From Octopus vulgaris (taxonomy: Eukaryota), in assembly GCA_951406725.2 (NCBI GenBank), contig OX597820.1, positions 115,630,001 to 115,694,000 on the forward strand: a stretch of DNA of 64,000 nucleotides. The letters run 5' to 3'. The first letter of the stretch is position 1; every line of letters starts with the position of its first letter. Shown in pieces: positions 1-12,610 of the stretch. The notes beneath the pieces are model-generated. The model had not been told where the DNA came from. It did no database searches and was given only the letters and a program-made list of their open reading frames with translations. A program made the translations under genes and the position numbers.

Positions 1-298
1 GTGTGGTGGGAGATGGTTAGAGATGGGACAGAGGTGTAACTGTAGCAAGTGATAGGAGTGGCTCAAGGGGCCGATGTGAGTAGATAATTTAGAGGCTGAT
101 TATTTATGATTTATTTATCTCATTCACTCCTAAACATTTTAGCAGCGATGGAATAATTTGTTAGGCTCAAAGGATATATTTTTATTGAAGATGGGACATG
201 TAGTAAATCTCTGTATGTTTCTAGAATAAAAAATCTTTAAGATTATACAGCTATCAAAATTGTTAACTCTAATTAGAAGTATTTGTTAATTATTTCAG

Positions 299-472
299 GT
301 AAATGGTGTTGATGTTTTAGAAGGTCCGTTACGGATATATTGGCAAGTTACTATACCAATACAGTTAAAACATTGTGATGACGTCCCTGTACCACCAATT
401 GCATCATGGAGACACAGCTATTATGCTACTCCAACTGGTAATGGCCTTAATGTTGATGCTGAAGAACCACAG
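299..472 (+). CDS. RASSF2/4: RASSF2/4-like gene, internal coding exon (upstream exons lie outside the window)
   Basis: tttcag|GTA...CAG|gtagg, 174 nt, phase 0-0. VNGVDVLEGPLRIYWQVTIPIQLKHCDD resembles the RASSF2/4 N-terminal motif [21 protein letters not shown]. Confidence 0.88.
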
Positions 473-572
473 GTAGGCTTGTTATGTATTCTCTATTCAT
501 GTGTATGTGTGTGTGGGCGTGAATATTAAACATTGTTTGTATCATAAAATATACATGTAAAAGGCTTCTGCT

Positions 573-603
<31 letters not shown>

Positions 604-1801
604 TTCAATCATTACATGTACTAATGTGTGTGTGTGTGTGTGTGTATGCGTGCACACACATATACATGCATGTAATTTCTTTAAAACTTACAATTTCTGT
701 GTCCAGAATATAAACTGACCAATGCACTAAGAATTAGAAGTGTAGATGGCTATGTTACTAAATGTGTTAGTGTTGAAAATCAGGCAAAGAATGAGACCAG
801 CTGGCAGACACTTTGCCAATGCAAAGTCTGTAAGATTAAGATGTACAGTAACATGTAACTTTCCACCATTGTTATGTGAATCCATTCCAGCAATGGGCAT
901 TTGATTCTTCATAGAAACCAATCCACTTCTTGGAGAATTTCAAACAAGAAAGTGACTTTCATGAAAAATATGTGCTAAGTCAGCAAACTAAACCAGATTT
1001 TATTTTTATTTTTTCCTTATCGAACAGCATTTAAGATGAATTTTGGCAGCACAGAAATATTTAAGTCTTCAATTTTCTTAGGGGTTGTTTTTATTCCTTT
1101 AAAAACATGTGATTTAATGCATATTTCACATTATTTTTTTAATGCATTTTTGGTAAAGAAATATGTGCTTAAGTATCTTGAAATCTCTTATAATAATAAT
1201 TTTCTTTTTCTTTTTTTAGTTTTTCCATGTATGTAATGTATTTCAAAACTGTACTCAACATACTTAACAGATACAGTCATTATTATTATTATTATTATTA
1301 TTAATTGAGGGTGGAGAGGGAAGTGTTGCCTTGTAGCAAGTTTGTTGAAAGGTGGGTGAATGTTGGAAGAATGGCCAGTGTGAAAGAACCAATTCTGAGC
1401 GTGCACCTGTTAAAAAAAAAAAAAAAAAGGGCTCTTGCCCTGTTCAGGCTTTTGTGGGTTTTTTCACGAGGACCTTAATGCACCTCGCCTCTCGCCTATT
1501 GGGGGTTTTTAATTTGTTCAATTTTTTTTTTGTCATTACATTGTGCATACACAGAAACCCATTGTATCGTCCTGTATTTGTCTTTTGTGTTGTATGTCAA
1601 TGTTGTGTATATGAGCCCTTGTGGCTAATAAAAGAATTTACTATTATTATTTGCTATGTTCTGAGTTCAAATTCCACCAAGGTCAACTTTGCCTTTTATC
1701 CTTCGGGGTCAATAAATTAAGTACCATTTGCACACTGAGGTCAATCTAATCGACTGGCCCTCTCCCCCCAAATTTGAGGCCTTGTGCCTCCAGTAGAAAG
1801 G

Positions 1802-1836
<35 letters not shown>

Positions 1837-2963
1837 GTGGTGAGCTGGCAGGATCATTAGCATGCCAAATAAAACATTTAGTACCATTTTGTCCATCTTT
1901 ACGTTCTGAGTTCAGATGCTGTCAAGATTGACTGAGCCTTCCAGCCATTTGGGGGGCAATAAACCAAGTACCAGTTGGACACTCATATCAATACAATTGA
2001 TTAACCCCCTTCCTGCAAATTTCAGGCTTTGTGCCTATAGTTAAAAGGTTTATTATCATGTATCACCTGACTGGCCCTTGTGCTGGTGGCGCGTAAAAGC
2101 ACCAACTACACTCTTGGAGTGGTTGGCATTAGGAAGGGCATCCAGCTATAGAAACTCTGCCAGATCAAGATTGGAGCCTGGTGCAGCCATCTGGTTCACC
2201 AGTCCTCAGTCAGATCGTCCGACCCATGCTAGCATGGAAAACAGACGTTAAACGATGATGATGATTAAAGATGGCTGACAGAACCGTTAACATGCCAGAC
2301 AGGATGCTTAGTGGCATTTCCTCTCTTTTGAGCTCAGGTTCGTCCACGGTTGACTTTGCCTTTCATCCGTTTGTGATCGATAAAATAAGTACCAGTTGTG
2401 GACTGGGGTTGATGTAATCAACTAAACCTCTCCCCTGAAATTGCTGGCCTTGTGCCAAAATTTAAAACCATTATTATTATTATCATTATATTTATTTTTT
2501 TATCATTTTTAAAAAATCTATTTATTTATAATTCTAAATCCAAGTAAACATTAAAAGTGCAAGAAATAAGGTTGGCAATGGAATAGATTTTGTAATGAAG
2601 ATGTTTTGTCTTTATTTTATTCCCCCCCCCCCCACTTTTTTTGTTTGTTTGTTTGCATACTGCAGCTAAGTTAATAGCTAAGTGTTGTATGCATATTAGC
2701 ATGTAATCTCTCATTTTATGAACAGTAGTAATTTTATGGTGTTAGTATAGTTAAGGTGCTGTCGCAGCAAGAAAAGGGGGCTACAGCATAAGAGAAAAAT
2801 ACCTTTGCAGCCTCATATATAGAAAGGTATTTGTCAGTTTTCAGAGAACAAGTCAAAAGGTTCACTTTCCACAAAGCAAGCAGTTCAATTTACTTGAAAT
2901 GTCTCCTGCTACCATAAAAGGTTCATTTAGGATGATAACTGTATTATTATTATTATTATTATT

Positions 2964-3174
2964 CAGTAGTTTTATTTTTATAGCGTGCTTTCACTTCACT
3001 ACCGAGCACAGCTCTGTGTGCCTTGGGTATGTGCTGTGATTTGTTGTGATGCTCTGATGGTTATTGTATGGAAAGTGTTCTGCGTAGGATGTGTGCAGTG
3101 CCTAGTAGTGCAATTTTCTGTATGTTATATGTGTTTGTAAGTCCTGGTGTTTTTGTTATGTATTTGTCTGAATA

Positions 3175-3177
<3 letters not shown>
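2964..3177 (-). mobile_element. 5'-truncated Dong/R4-like non-LTR element inside a (TAA)n tract
   Basis: Minus strand encodes ...YNIQKIALLGTAHILRRTLSIQ* (stop 3061-3063), typical of R4/Dong C-termini, plus a short 3' UTR. (TTA)n on both sides. Confidence 0.75.
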
Positions 3178-3216
<39 letters not shown>

Positions 3217-5604
3217 TATTAGTTCTTCCAGTTCACTGGCAAATTAAAGAGCTGCACTAACTCACATTACTTGATGCTTTAGTAAAATGTACCAGTCTTT
3301 TTAACTGTATCATCCTAAGGGGAAGGGCTGGCTTTATATATTTTTATAGCCTGTTTTAAATAGGAAAATGAAAAAAAAGTCTGAGTGCAATTTGTTTTTT
3401 ACTTTTTAGGAAATCATTATTTTACACTTTATACATTATTGTGTTACAGTATTTTTGACAAACTTTTTCTTTTTTTTTTTTTTTTTTTTTTCCATGTTTC
3501 TGAAATTTACCTTTGTAGCCATAATTATAGGTGCATTTGGCTACCTTGCTAAATGTTTAAGAAGTGCCAAAAAGCAGGCAAAGAAAGTGACCAGCTAACT
3601 GTCACTTTGCAAATGTACTCTGTGAGAAATACAGTAACAAATTCACTTAACCTCATTTATCAAAGGGTTTGGCTTCAAAAAGAAAAAAACAGTGATAAAT
3701 GAACCCCGTCCTTTACACCTTGTAAAGTCTTTCGCACTGAATTTGTGGCCCACAGCAGCAAAGCTTCAATCATTGGGATTTTCCTTGATTTTCTACCTTT
3801 TCTTGTAAAGAACGTATTTGTCTGTTGTTTGTTTGGATCAGGTAGTTTTGCATTTTTTCCTGTTTGCTGGTTTCCTGTTGATGGGTACAAATACATAAGC
3901 CCCTATTACAAATATGCAGCCTTGCAACCCATTGATGTAAACGCAAGCAATGGTCAGTGTTTTCTGGGTAGCTAAGCACTGTGTGTGTGGTCAGTGTTGT
4001 GTGGTTTTGCAGTTCAAGCAGAGTCTTTGACTGACCACCGACCAATGTTATCCTGAACCAGTGATGAATAAATTAGAAATAAGGGGATGTTATCTGAATC
4101 CCAACAACAGAAGTCTTTGTTTTCTTCATTAGAAACCAGCCTCTTTATAAGAAGAATTCAAACAGAAAAACAAAAGTCAGTCAGGAAACTAAATCTGATT
4201 CTCAATGTCTTAATTTTAACAAATATATATTTTATTGAATATATCAACAGCAAGAGTCCCCCTGCTCCAACAGTAATAAAAATAAACCTTTTTAATAAGT
4301 AAGAAATTCACTTCTTAATGCTATGATGCTATCCCATAGTGTAATGGAGGTTTGGCCATTGAATCTTTATCCTCAATCCATTTTAACTTTAGATTACATG
4401 TGTTGTAAAGTAATCTGTCTTGGAAGGGATTCATTATTTGAATATTCTGCTTTTGAAGGATACAATCTTACTTGTTTTTTTTTTTTCTTGTCAATGAGAA
4501 ATGACTATAACTTGTATACTTATGTATATGAAATCATTTCTTATTTCAATTGAATAGATTTAGGGGTGGGTATTTTGAAGGGATGGAAATGTATTGTCTA
4601 ATACTAAGAGTGATATTAGCTCATTTGCATTCATTAACAGATGAAACTAATCTTTTATGAAAGAGAAAACATAACAATTTTATTCTCAATATTTCCATTT
4701 CAATAATTCAGCAAGATGGCAAGAATGTTAGCACACCGGGCAAAATGCTTAGCAGTATTTCGTCTTGTCTTTACATTCTGAGTTCAAATTCCACTGAAGT
4801 CGACTTTGCCTTTCATCCTTTTGGGGGCAATAAATTAAGTACCAGTTGTGTACTGGGGTTGATTTAATCACTTGCTCCCCTCCCCCAAAATTTCAGGCCT
4901 TGTGCCTAGAGTAGAAAAGAATATTTCCATTTCACTATTTCTTATAGTTTGTATGTGATACTTTTAAGAGTATAGCTTTAATATCTTTTGGTCTTGACTT
5001 ACTGTCAGTAGTGGTCTACTATGTCATGGTAGTTTATGGCTGAATGCCCCCTGCTGTCATCAACCACTCTGCAGCATGAATTAGATGTATTTTGTTGTGA
5101 CAGCTTGGAGGGAGAGACATAAGTCTAAACGTTAAGTCTAGTAAACATATACTTACTGAAAGTAAATATTAACAAAAATGGAGTTGTGACATTGTTGACA
5201 AGTTTTGTGGCACTGTAGGCAAGTGTCCTCTACTGTAACCTGACGCTGATTAAAGCCTTGTGTGTGCATTTGGTTGAGGGGAAACTGAAAGAAGTCCATG
5301 GTGTGTGTTTGTGTGTGTGTGTGTGTGCCAGCATGGACAATGGACGTTAAGTGATGAAGATGAGTGATGATGAGATGCATGCATGTTATAGGCTCCTTGA
5401 CATCAAGTGATAGTTATGAGTGCCCCCTTCATAGAAGTGGTGTCCTTTGTTTCCAGTTTTCCAGGAAACCATATCTGACCATAGAGAAATATTATCTTCC
5501 TTTGAAATAGGTGTTTGGGACATGAGGAGCCATAGAAAATCGACTTCCACTCATTCTGTCCAACCCATGCAAGCATGGAAAAGCAGACATTAAAAGAACA
5601 ATTA

Positions 5605-5643
<39 letters not shown>

Positions 5644-7568
5644 GTGGTCACTGAGGCTATTTCACTGTTTCTGTTAAATCTTTTGAGCTTTTATTTATTT
5701 TTTTTACTTCTTTCAGTCATTTGACTGCAGCCATGCTGGGGCACTGCCTTTAGTCAAACAGATCGACCCCAAGTCATATTCTTTGTAAGCCTGACACTTA
5801 TTCTATCAGTCGCTTTTGCTGAACCGCTAAGTTATGGGGACGTAAACATACCAGCATCAGCTGTCAAGCGATGTTGGGGTGACAATTATAGACACACATA
5901 CACACTCATACGATGGGCTTCTTTCCAGTTTTTGTCCACCAAATCCATTCACAGGGCTTTGGTTGGCCCGAGGCTATATTAGAAGACACTTGTCCAAAGT
6001 GCCACACAGTGGGACTGAACCCAGAACCATGTGGTTGGGAAGCAAGTTTCTTACCACAACTACACCTTTCATTCACTTTCCTAATGTAAATGTAATCTTC
6101 AGTCATTGTGGGTATTGAACTCTCAAACACTTTGTTGTGGGCACAGCATTTTTACACTTGTCTATTATACTATCATTCCATTCTGCTAAAATTTGCTTTC
6201 GAGAAGTAAATGCTGGGGTATTGTAGCTTATTGAAGTATGTGTGGTAGAATGAGAAGTGCAGAAATAGTAAAACAGTACTATTGTCCTCTGACCAAACAT
6301 GGTCAGTTGACTTACTGTGTTTTGTTGGAGAATGGTTATTTGAATTCCTTGGATTCATGCCTTATACATTCTAGAGAGACATGATCTTTAACCCTTTACT
6401 GTTCGCATTATTCTACCAAAATTAATGCTTTTTCATCCACATTGCCTTGAACTAATCAGGCATTATCTTGTAGCTTTGAGATTTTGATGAGGTAGCTCTT
6501 AAATTTTAAAATATTGTAGGGTTAGTGTGAGAGACCAGATCTGGCCATTTTGAACATAAAACGGGCAGAATATTTTGGGCCGGATATGGCCGGTTTAAAT
6601 ATGTTCAAGTTTTCAACCTATGACAAAATTAGGATCATGTTTTTTTTTGGGGGGGGGTCTGCAGTTTTTGCAATTATCTGAGTTTCTTATTTTTCGATTT
6701 CTTGTGTTTTATCAGAGGAGGATGGAATAGATTTAACTTTATGTCACTTTATAAAAATGTATCTAATCTTTGCTGCAAAGTGGTTGGTGATAGGAATGAC
6801 ATCCAATTATAAAAACCATAGCAAACACTACCATAATGGATACAGTAGTAATGTTGACCTTGTTTGGAGTTGTTGCATATGCCTGAGAATTAGTGACTTA
6901 GAGATTATAGTGAAATGGTAATCTGATCCAGTATGGAGCCTCCCTCCCCCTCCCCCCCACCTAGCACATGAAATGAAGACTATTCTGAGTTGAAGCACTG
7001 CAGAGACTGATGGTACCCACTCACATTGCTTTGTTTGTTATATATTAACATTTTATGTAACATATGGTATAATTATAAACAGGGCAAATTTTAGCCCTTT
7101 TTCTCCACAAACTGATACAAAATGAACAACTTTAATCAGTCTTTGAACCTTATTGGGTTCTCATCAGAGGCGTCTACATCATTCTGACAGTCTCCAGAGA
7201 AACAAGCAACCAATCTGTTTATATACTCAACAAATGCAGCAGTTATTCTATGAAGGAATCTCTAATTTGCATACCGAAACTGTTCAATACTCTATAAATA
7301 CCAGTGGCCTGTCAACAGGGATCTTGGTCCACACAGTATTGAAGTATGATAGGGACTGGAGAGAAAACTGTTTGCTTTCCTCGAACACGTAGTCTCAGCT
7401 TTTGGTGCAGAGTTCACCAGAGGTCACTAAATCTCTAGGAACAAAAAAAATAATAATAAAGTACTGACAATAAACTGAATTTCATTTAACTTACCTCTCC
7501 TCCTTCAAAATGTTCTTTGGGTTTGTTTTTTTTACCTAATTAGAGAAAATCTATATTTTATAATCAAT

Positions 7569-7822
7569 ATTCTGTTGTGTTTGGGGAGAGTCATTCTCTT
7601 TTAGTGCCTTATTATTGAACACACTCACCGCTAAAATTTCCACATTTCTTTTTTTATTTTTTAAAAAATTTTCATTGCATCTTGCAACCTTTTCAATAGT
7701 ATTGCAAGACACAAGGATAATTTTAGAAAAATAAATAAATAAAAGAGTGGAAGTTTTGCCAGTGAGTGCGTTAAATTATAAGGCACCAAAAGAGAATGAC
7801 TCTACCCAGACACAACAGAATA
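7569..7822. repeat. Imperfect fold-back element, arms about 120 bp
   Basis: tattctgttgtgtttggggagagtcattctctttt... mirrors ...aaaagagaatgactctacccagacacaacagaata. Confidence 0.85.
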
Positions 7823-9889
7823 TGCTTCAACACACGAACTCACATAAAGAATCTTGCAAACCAAATCCAAAAATGAAATTATAATTAATAATTTTCACTT
7901 AATTATAATTAATAATTTTCACTTAATTCAATTAATACTCAATTGACAAAATACAGTTGTTTTAACATTTCTGTCTTAGTGGATTATTATTAACATTGAC
8001 AACCATTGTTCATTCCTAATATTATATTGATTGTCTCTGTTCTGTCTCATATATCCTATGTGTCTATCTAGCATATCAGTTGGAACATAAAATATCTTCT
8101 TTAAATTTTCATATATTGCCAAGCTGGCTGCCTCCTTTTATTTCCATTCCATTGCTACATTAGTCTGTCATTTCACTCACATTACCATTTCACTTGCTTC
8201 TACTTAATCCAGCCATATTACAGATATCTTCCAACCAGCTATGATCCATCATCATCATCATCATAGTCTATTTTTCTATGTTGGGATGGATTCTGCAAGT
8301 CTCATACTATCTCACCACTTGTTAAGGTCCATTTTCATTCGGGACACACAGCAGCAGCAAAAACTCAATATTTGTTACGTATTTTTCTTTCTGGTGTGTG
8401 GAGAGAGGGGTTACAGTTTTTACAAGTTCCCATTCCATTTATCGGCCGTTTTACAATATGGATTGGGTACACTTTATCCTGCTTCTATGTTGTGTCTAAA
8501 TTAATGGCATTGAAAGCTAATGCATATTGTTATTCCAGTATAAATATTTTATGCCTATGTTAGTTCTACTATCTTGTAACCCCTATCTCTTATTGTAACT
8601 GTCTGTTTGTGATCTTACTGGAATGCTCTGTTGATATTCCTGTCTGTTTTAATTTTCATTCTTTTCAATAATTAGTGAGGAAGAGGAGTGCTTTCACATT
8701 GGTGAGATTGAAGTGGTTGTTGCTGGATTTTGAACTAAATTTCAGCACTTGTTGAATATGTGAATTTCCTCAAATCTCACGTCACTATCTTATAAAAAGG
8801 AAAGACACATTGAACAATGAAGTCCCTATATGGATAAAACAATGGGATGGTTAGGGCTCGAAAGCCATGTGTCACACATGGATCTGCTTAGTGAGGATCG
8901 GCCTGGGGTTAAACAACAACATAGACGGGAAGAGTATTGCAGAGAACTGCAACTCTGGGAAAGAATGATTAGAATATTTAATGCAAGGCCTTGCAGGTGG
9001 TGCACATTGGGATGACTAAAAGGAAGAGACTGGTGCCTCGGGTGAGGCTTCAGTAGATTGGGTTATGGGTTCTTGGTTCAGAGGAATTGTTACAGAAAAG
9101 ATGAAGAAACAATGTCTTTGAGTAAATTTTAGCTCAGTTTGTTAAATGGCTTTTGGATGTTGTTTTGGGTATTTCTGTGTACAGCAGTTGCATAATTCCA
9201 GAAATGGGGTCTAGAGAGATCCCTAACAACACACTGCACTGGAGTCATCTACCAGGAAACTTCTGATCAAAGAGATGAGATGAATTCTATTCATAGGTGT
9301 AAAACTTGAGCATGTAATGATGTGGGAGATAACATTACTTTTGCTGATGCTCACAGAAGCAAGAGTTAACTTGTGTCATCGAAGAGTAAGTCTTTAGTAT
9401 GTCTTTTACAGGAAATTTTATGAGCGGTTTCTGAAAAGGGAAGAGAGAAAGTATATTCAGATGTTTGAAATGAAAGTGATAGGATATTAGTTGTCAGCCA
9501 AACATGTTTGCCTTTAGAATTGCACACCATTATCAAGTCAGTGCATTCTGATAGCTACCTATAGAATGGGAAAAACTATATAAAGAAAAATAAATAAATA
9601 AAAAAAATTAGTGCTCAATAACGGAGAGTAATGAAAGAGACCTTGTCAGGGATGAGTGCTTTGTTAGGTTGGAGTGATTTGGAGAAACTTGAAACTCAGC
9701 AACTCTCAAGTAATTTAACTGTATTGTTGTTAGTTTGTTTGGCTCTAAATATTCTGTTGCTCCCTTGTTACTCTTTCTGCTGGAATTATATTATTTTGTT
9801 ACAACTCTTGTTGCATTACAGTTCTATATTTAAGAGATGAGGAATTATTTACATTTGACAGATATTTGTCCTCAATCTTGTTTGTTGTT

Positions 9890-9935
9890 AGCACAACGTT
9901 TCGGCTTATACACCCTCCAGCTTTCATCAGGTGTC
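9890..9935 (-). ncRNA. Decayed hammerhead motif on the mirror arm
   Basis: GACAC-CUGAUGA-A-AGCUG...AAGCC-GAAA-CGUU^GUGCU, with mismatches in stems I and II. Confidence 0.55.
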
Positions 9936-10181
9936 TTGGGGAAATTTCGAACCTGGGTTCTCATTCCTAAGGTATTTTTCAATGTTGTTGTTATTATTCA
10001 GGTCACTGCCTGGAATCGAACTCAGATTAGTAGCCCACGCTCTTAACCACTATGCCATATGCCTGTGGGCATATGGCATAGTGGTTAAGAGCGTGGGCTA
10101 CTGATTCCAAGTTCGATTCCAAGCAGTGACCTGAATAATGATAATAATAATAATAATATGAAGTAGACTGACATGTAATTT

Positions 10182-10224
10182 TTGAACCTGTGGAAGGCAC
10201 GCTAGATGCCGAAATATCGTTCAA
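10182..10224 (+). ncRNA. Hammerhead-like motif with a U6 variant core
   Basis: UUGAAC-CUGUGGA-A-GGCA(cgcuaga)UGCC-GAAA-UAUC^GUUCAA: perfect 6-bp stem I and 4-bp stem II. Confidence 0.6.
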
Positions 10225-10340
10225 CTAATTTCACATGACAACTATGGCAATCTTCTATCTATTTCTATAATAATAATAATAATAATAATAATATTGAAAG
10301 ATACCTGAAGAATGAGAACCCAGGTTCAAAATTTCCCCTA

Positions 10341-10386
10341 GACACCTGATGAAGGCTGGAGGGGATATCAGCTGAAACGTTGTGTT
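10341..10386 (+). ncRNA. Minimal type-I hammerhead ribozyme motif
   Basis: GACAC-CUGAUGA-A-GGCUG(gaggggauau)CAGCU-GAAA-CGUU^GUGUU: stem I GACAC/GUGUU, 5-bp stem II, loopless palindromic stem III (AACGUU). Confidence 0.7.
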
Positions 10387-10586
10387 AACAACAAACAAGA
10401 TGAGGACAATCCTTGTTAAACCTTGTGCTGTAGCACTACTTGTAGTACCATCCTGGTACTCCTTATAAACCCACATACACTCTCATATTTTCCCTGTGCA
10501 CTAATCTATATTGCTGTATTACTACTCCATGTAAACCTACCTATGCTCTTTGTAAACTGTTGCCATGCTACTCCTTTTCTTTTCAG

Positions 10587-10721
10587 CTATTTGGTTTATT
10601 TGATGACATTTACGATGACGACGACGAAGATTATGATGATAATGATTTTTCTGATTCAAAGTCTGACTCTATGCTACTAAGTTTACGTGTTAACTCTACT
10701 GAGTATGACTTTGAGTATGAG
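10587..10721 (+). CDS. RASSF2/4: Probable acidic cassette exon of the RASSF gene
   Basis: Pyrimidine tract ttttcttttcag|CTA...GAG|gtacc, 135 nt, phase 0-0, open in the gene frame: LFGLFDDIYDDDDEDYDDNDFSDSKSDSMLLSLRVNSTEYDFEYE. No homology recognised. Confidence 0.55.
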
Positions 10722-11217
10722 GTACCCTTAGACAGTAGTCACTTCTAAGCACTACCACTCTTCACTTTGTGCACTCTTAGAGATAGTTCATAACGCATCA
10801 CACACACACACACACACATTTGATTAGTCTGTGGCCTTTTAGTGAAGTGCACATCAGTTTAATTTACCTTGATCTACAGTTTACTTTCATAGCAGTTCAG
10901 ATGAAGTTCTTTCTATTACAATATTTGTTTAATCTTTCTTGTGACTCCTACAATTTATCTTCCTGATGATGAGTTTAACATAGAATAGTTTATTCTACAT
11001 CAGTCATCAGACTCTGGTCTGTAATCTGAAACCAGACAGAATTCACTTTTGGTTTATAGGATGGAGCAAGATGATTGATAGCCCTGGTTTAAAGTTGGAT
11101 AATGTCAGACAATTCAGTTAACTGTTTCCAACAGCTAAGTGAAGTGAGGCCATTTGCATGGAGAAACAACAAATTAGTGGATGTAATGAGCATTAAAAAT
11201 GTAATGAAAACTAATTA

Positions 11218-11595
11218 CAGGAGTGGCTGTGTGGTAAGTAGCTTGCTTACCAACCACATGGTCCTGGGTTCAGTCCCACTGCGTAGCACCTTGGGCAAGT
11301 GTCTTCTATTATAGCCTCAGGCCGACCAAAGCCTTGTGAGTGGATTTGGTAGACGGAAACTGAAGGAAGCCCATCATGTATATATATGTGTATGTTCCCC
11401 CCCCCCCAACATCGCTTGACAACCGATGCTGGTGTGTTTTCATCCCCATAACTTAGCTGTTCGGCAAAAGAGACCGATAGAATAAGTACTAGGCTTACAA
11501 AGAATAAGTCCTGAGGTCAATGTGCTCAACTAAAGGCAGTGCTCCAGCATGGCCGCAGTCAACATGACTGAAACAAGTAAAAGAATAAAAGAATA
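11218..11595 (+). mobile_element. tRNA-derived SINE family A (other copies about 5705-6063(-), 16600-16945(-), 36372-36752(-), 37953-38394(+), 46377-46740(+), 47866-48252(-), 56470-57045(+), 59470-59826(-), 60045-60410(+))
   Basis: Head ggagtggctgtgtggtaag...ggttcagtccc (A/B-box-like), internal (TA/TG)n, tail ccagcatggccgcagtc..atgactgaaacaagtaaaag. Confidence 0.9.
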
Positions 11596-12359
11596 CTGTG
11601 AAGAAAAGATAATAGTATCTCACTCCATTCATGTTGACAAGGAAGGGACATAACTTTGGAATTGTTTCAGTCTTATTAGGCCTCCTTAGTCACATTAGGC
11701 CTCCTTAGTCACATTCAGACTTTACTGTACTTTCTGAAGAAACAATAGAATATAGATGTACAATATATTGTTCAAGAGAATATTACATTAAAATCTCCTT
11801 CATGGACATTTTTCACAATAAAAACTATGATTAGCCAAAAGAAACTGTCTTATTTCTGTTGCTAGCAATTTGAACTAACTTACAAAATTAAGAATAATTA
11901 AAATGGTAACTGAAACTTTTAAACTAATTACAAATTTGATTAGTTTTAAGATACTGAAATATAAACTTTATTGGAATACATTTGGATGTGTGAAAATGTC
12001 CTTGAATTATTTCACTTGATACTTCCAAAGTTGTATTCAGTTGTCCTTGATATTTATAGCAGAAGATGATATATAATACGGTGATATGATATAACATCAT
12101 AATGTATGTTATTTTGTAGTATAATATGATGCTGAATTTTATTTGTCTTTCTGTAATTATTTCACATCTGGATGTCATCTTAACATGAAATACATTATCT
12201 GTACTACCTTGAGTTTCTGAGGGAAAAATTTAACATTTAATTAATCTTCATTTTAATTGTTTGATTTTAGCTTTTCTTTTATACTCTTCAGTATAAACCC
12301 ATTCCTTTTTTACAAATGCGTGTGTTTAATCATTTGGGGGGAAACTAACACTATTTTTA

Positions 12360-12610
12360 AGTAACGTTCATAGCTACTTCAACATGGCCGTTCCATTCAA
12401 ATGTACTTAATTATGATTATTTAACCCCAAGAGGACATCTCCTCTAGCTGGTTAACAATGCACAGCTGCATCCAATACATTGCAAGCAATACATCAGATG
12501 CAGCTGTGCATCCTTAACCAGCCAGATGAGATGTCCTCTTGGGGTTAAATAATCGCAGTAAAGTCTTTTTGGATGGAACAGCCATGTTGAACTGACTACA
12601 AATACTCGCT
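12360..12610. repeat. Imperfect fold-back element
   Basis: ttcaacatggc...gattatttaaccccaagaggacatctc...gcacagctgcatc mirrors gatgcagctgtgc...gagatgtcctcttggggttaaataatc...gccatgttgaa. Confidence 0.85.

Larger units (their letters stand above)
9817..10411. mobile_element. Head-to-head palindromic dimer of a tRNA-headed, hammerhead-tailed SINE-like element
   Basis: Arms mirror around 10064-10067 (ccactatgccatatgcc tgtg ggcatatggcatagtgg). A box TGGCATAGTGG, B box GTTCGATTCC. Each arm ends in a CTGATGA...GAAAC motif. Confidence 0.8.

Noticed and set aside
3880-3952. Possible RASSF exon DGYKYISPYYKYAALQPIDVNASN
   Set aside because: A donor-like ggtcagt is present, but there is no AG acceptor after the pyrimidine tract and no recognisable homology.
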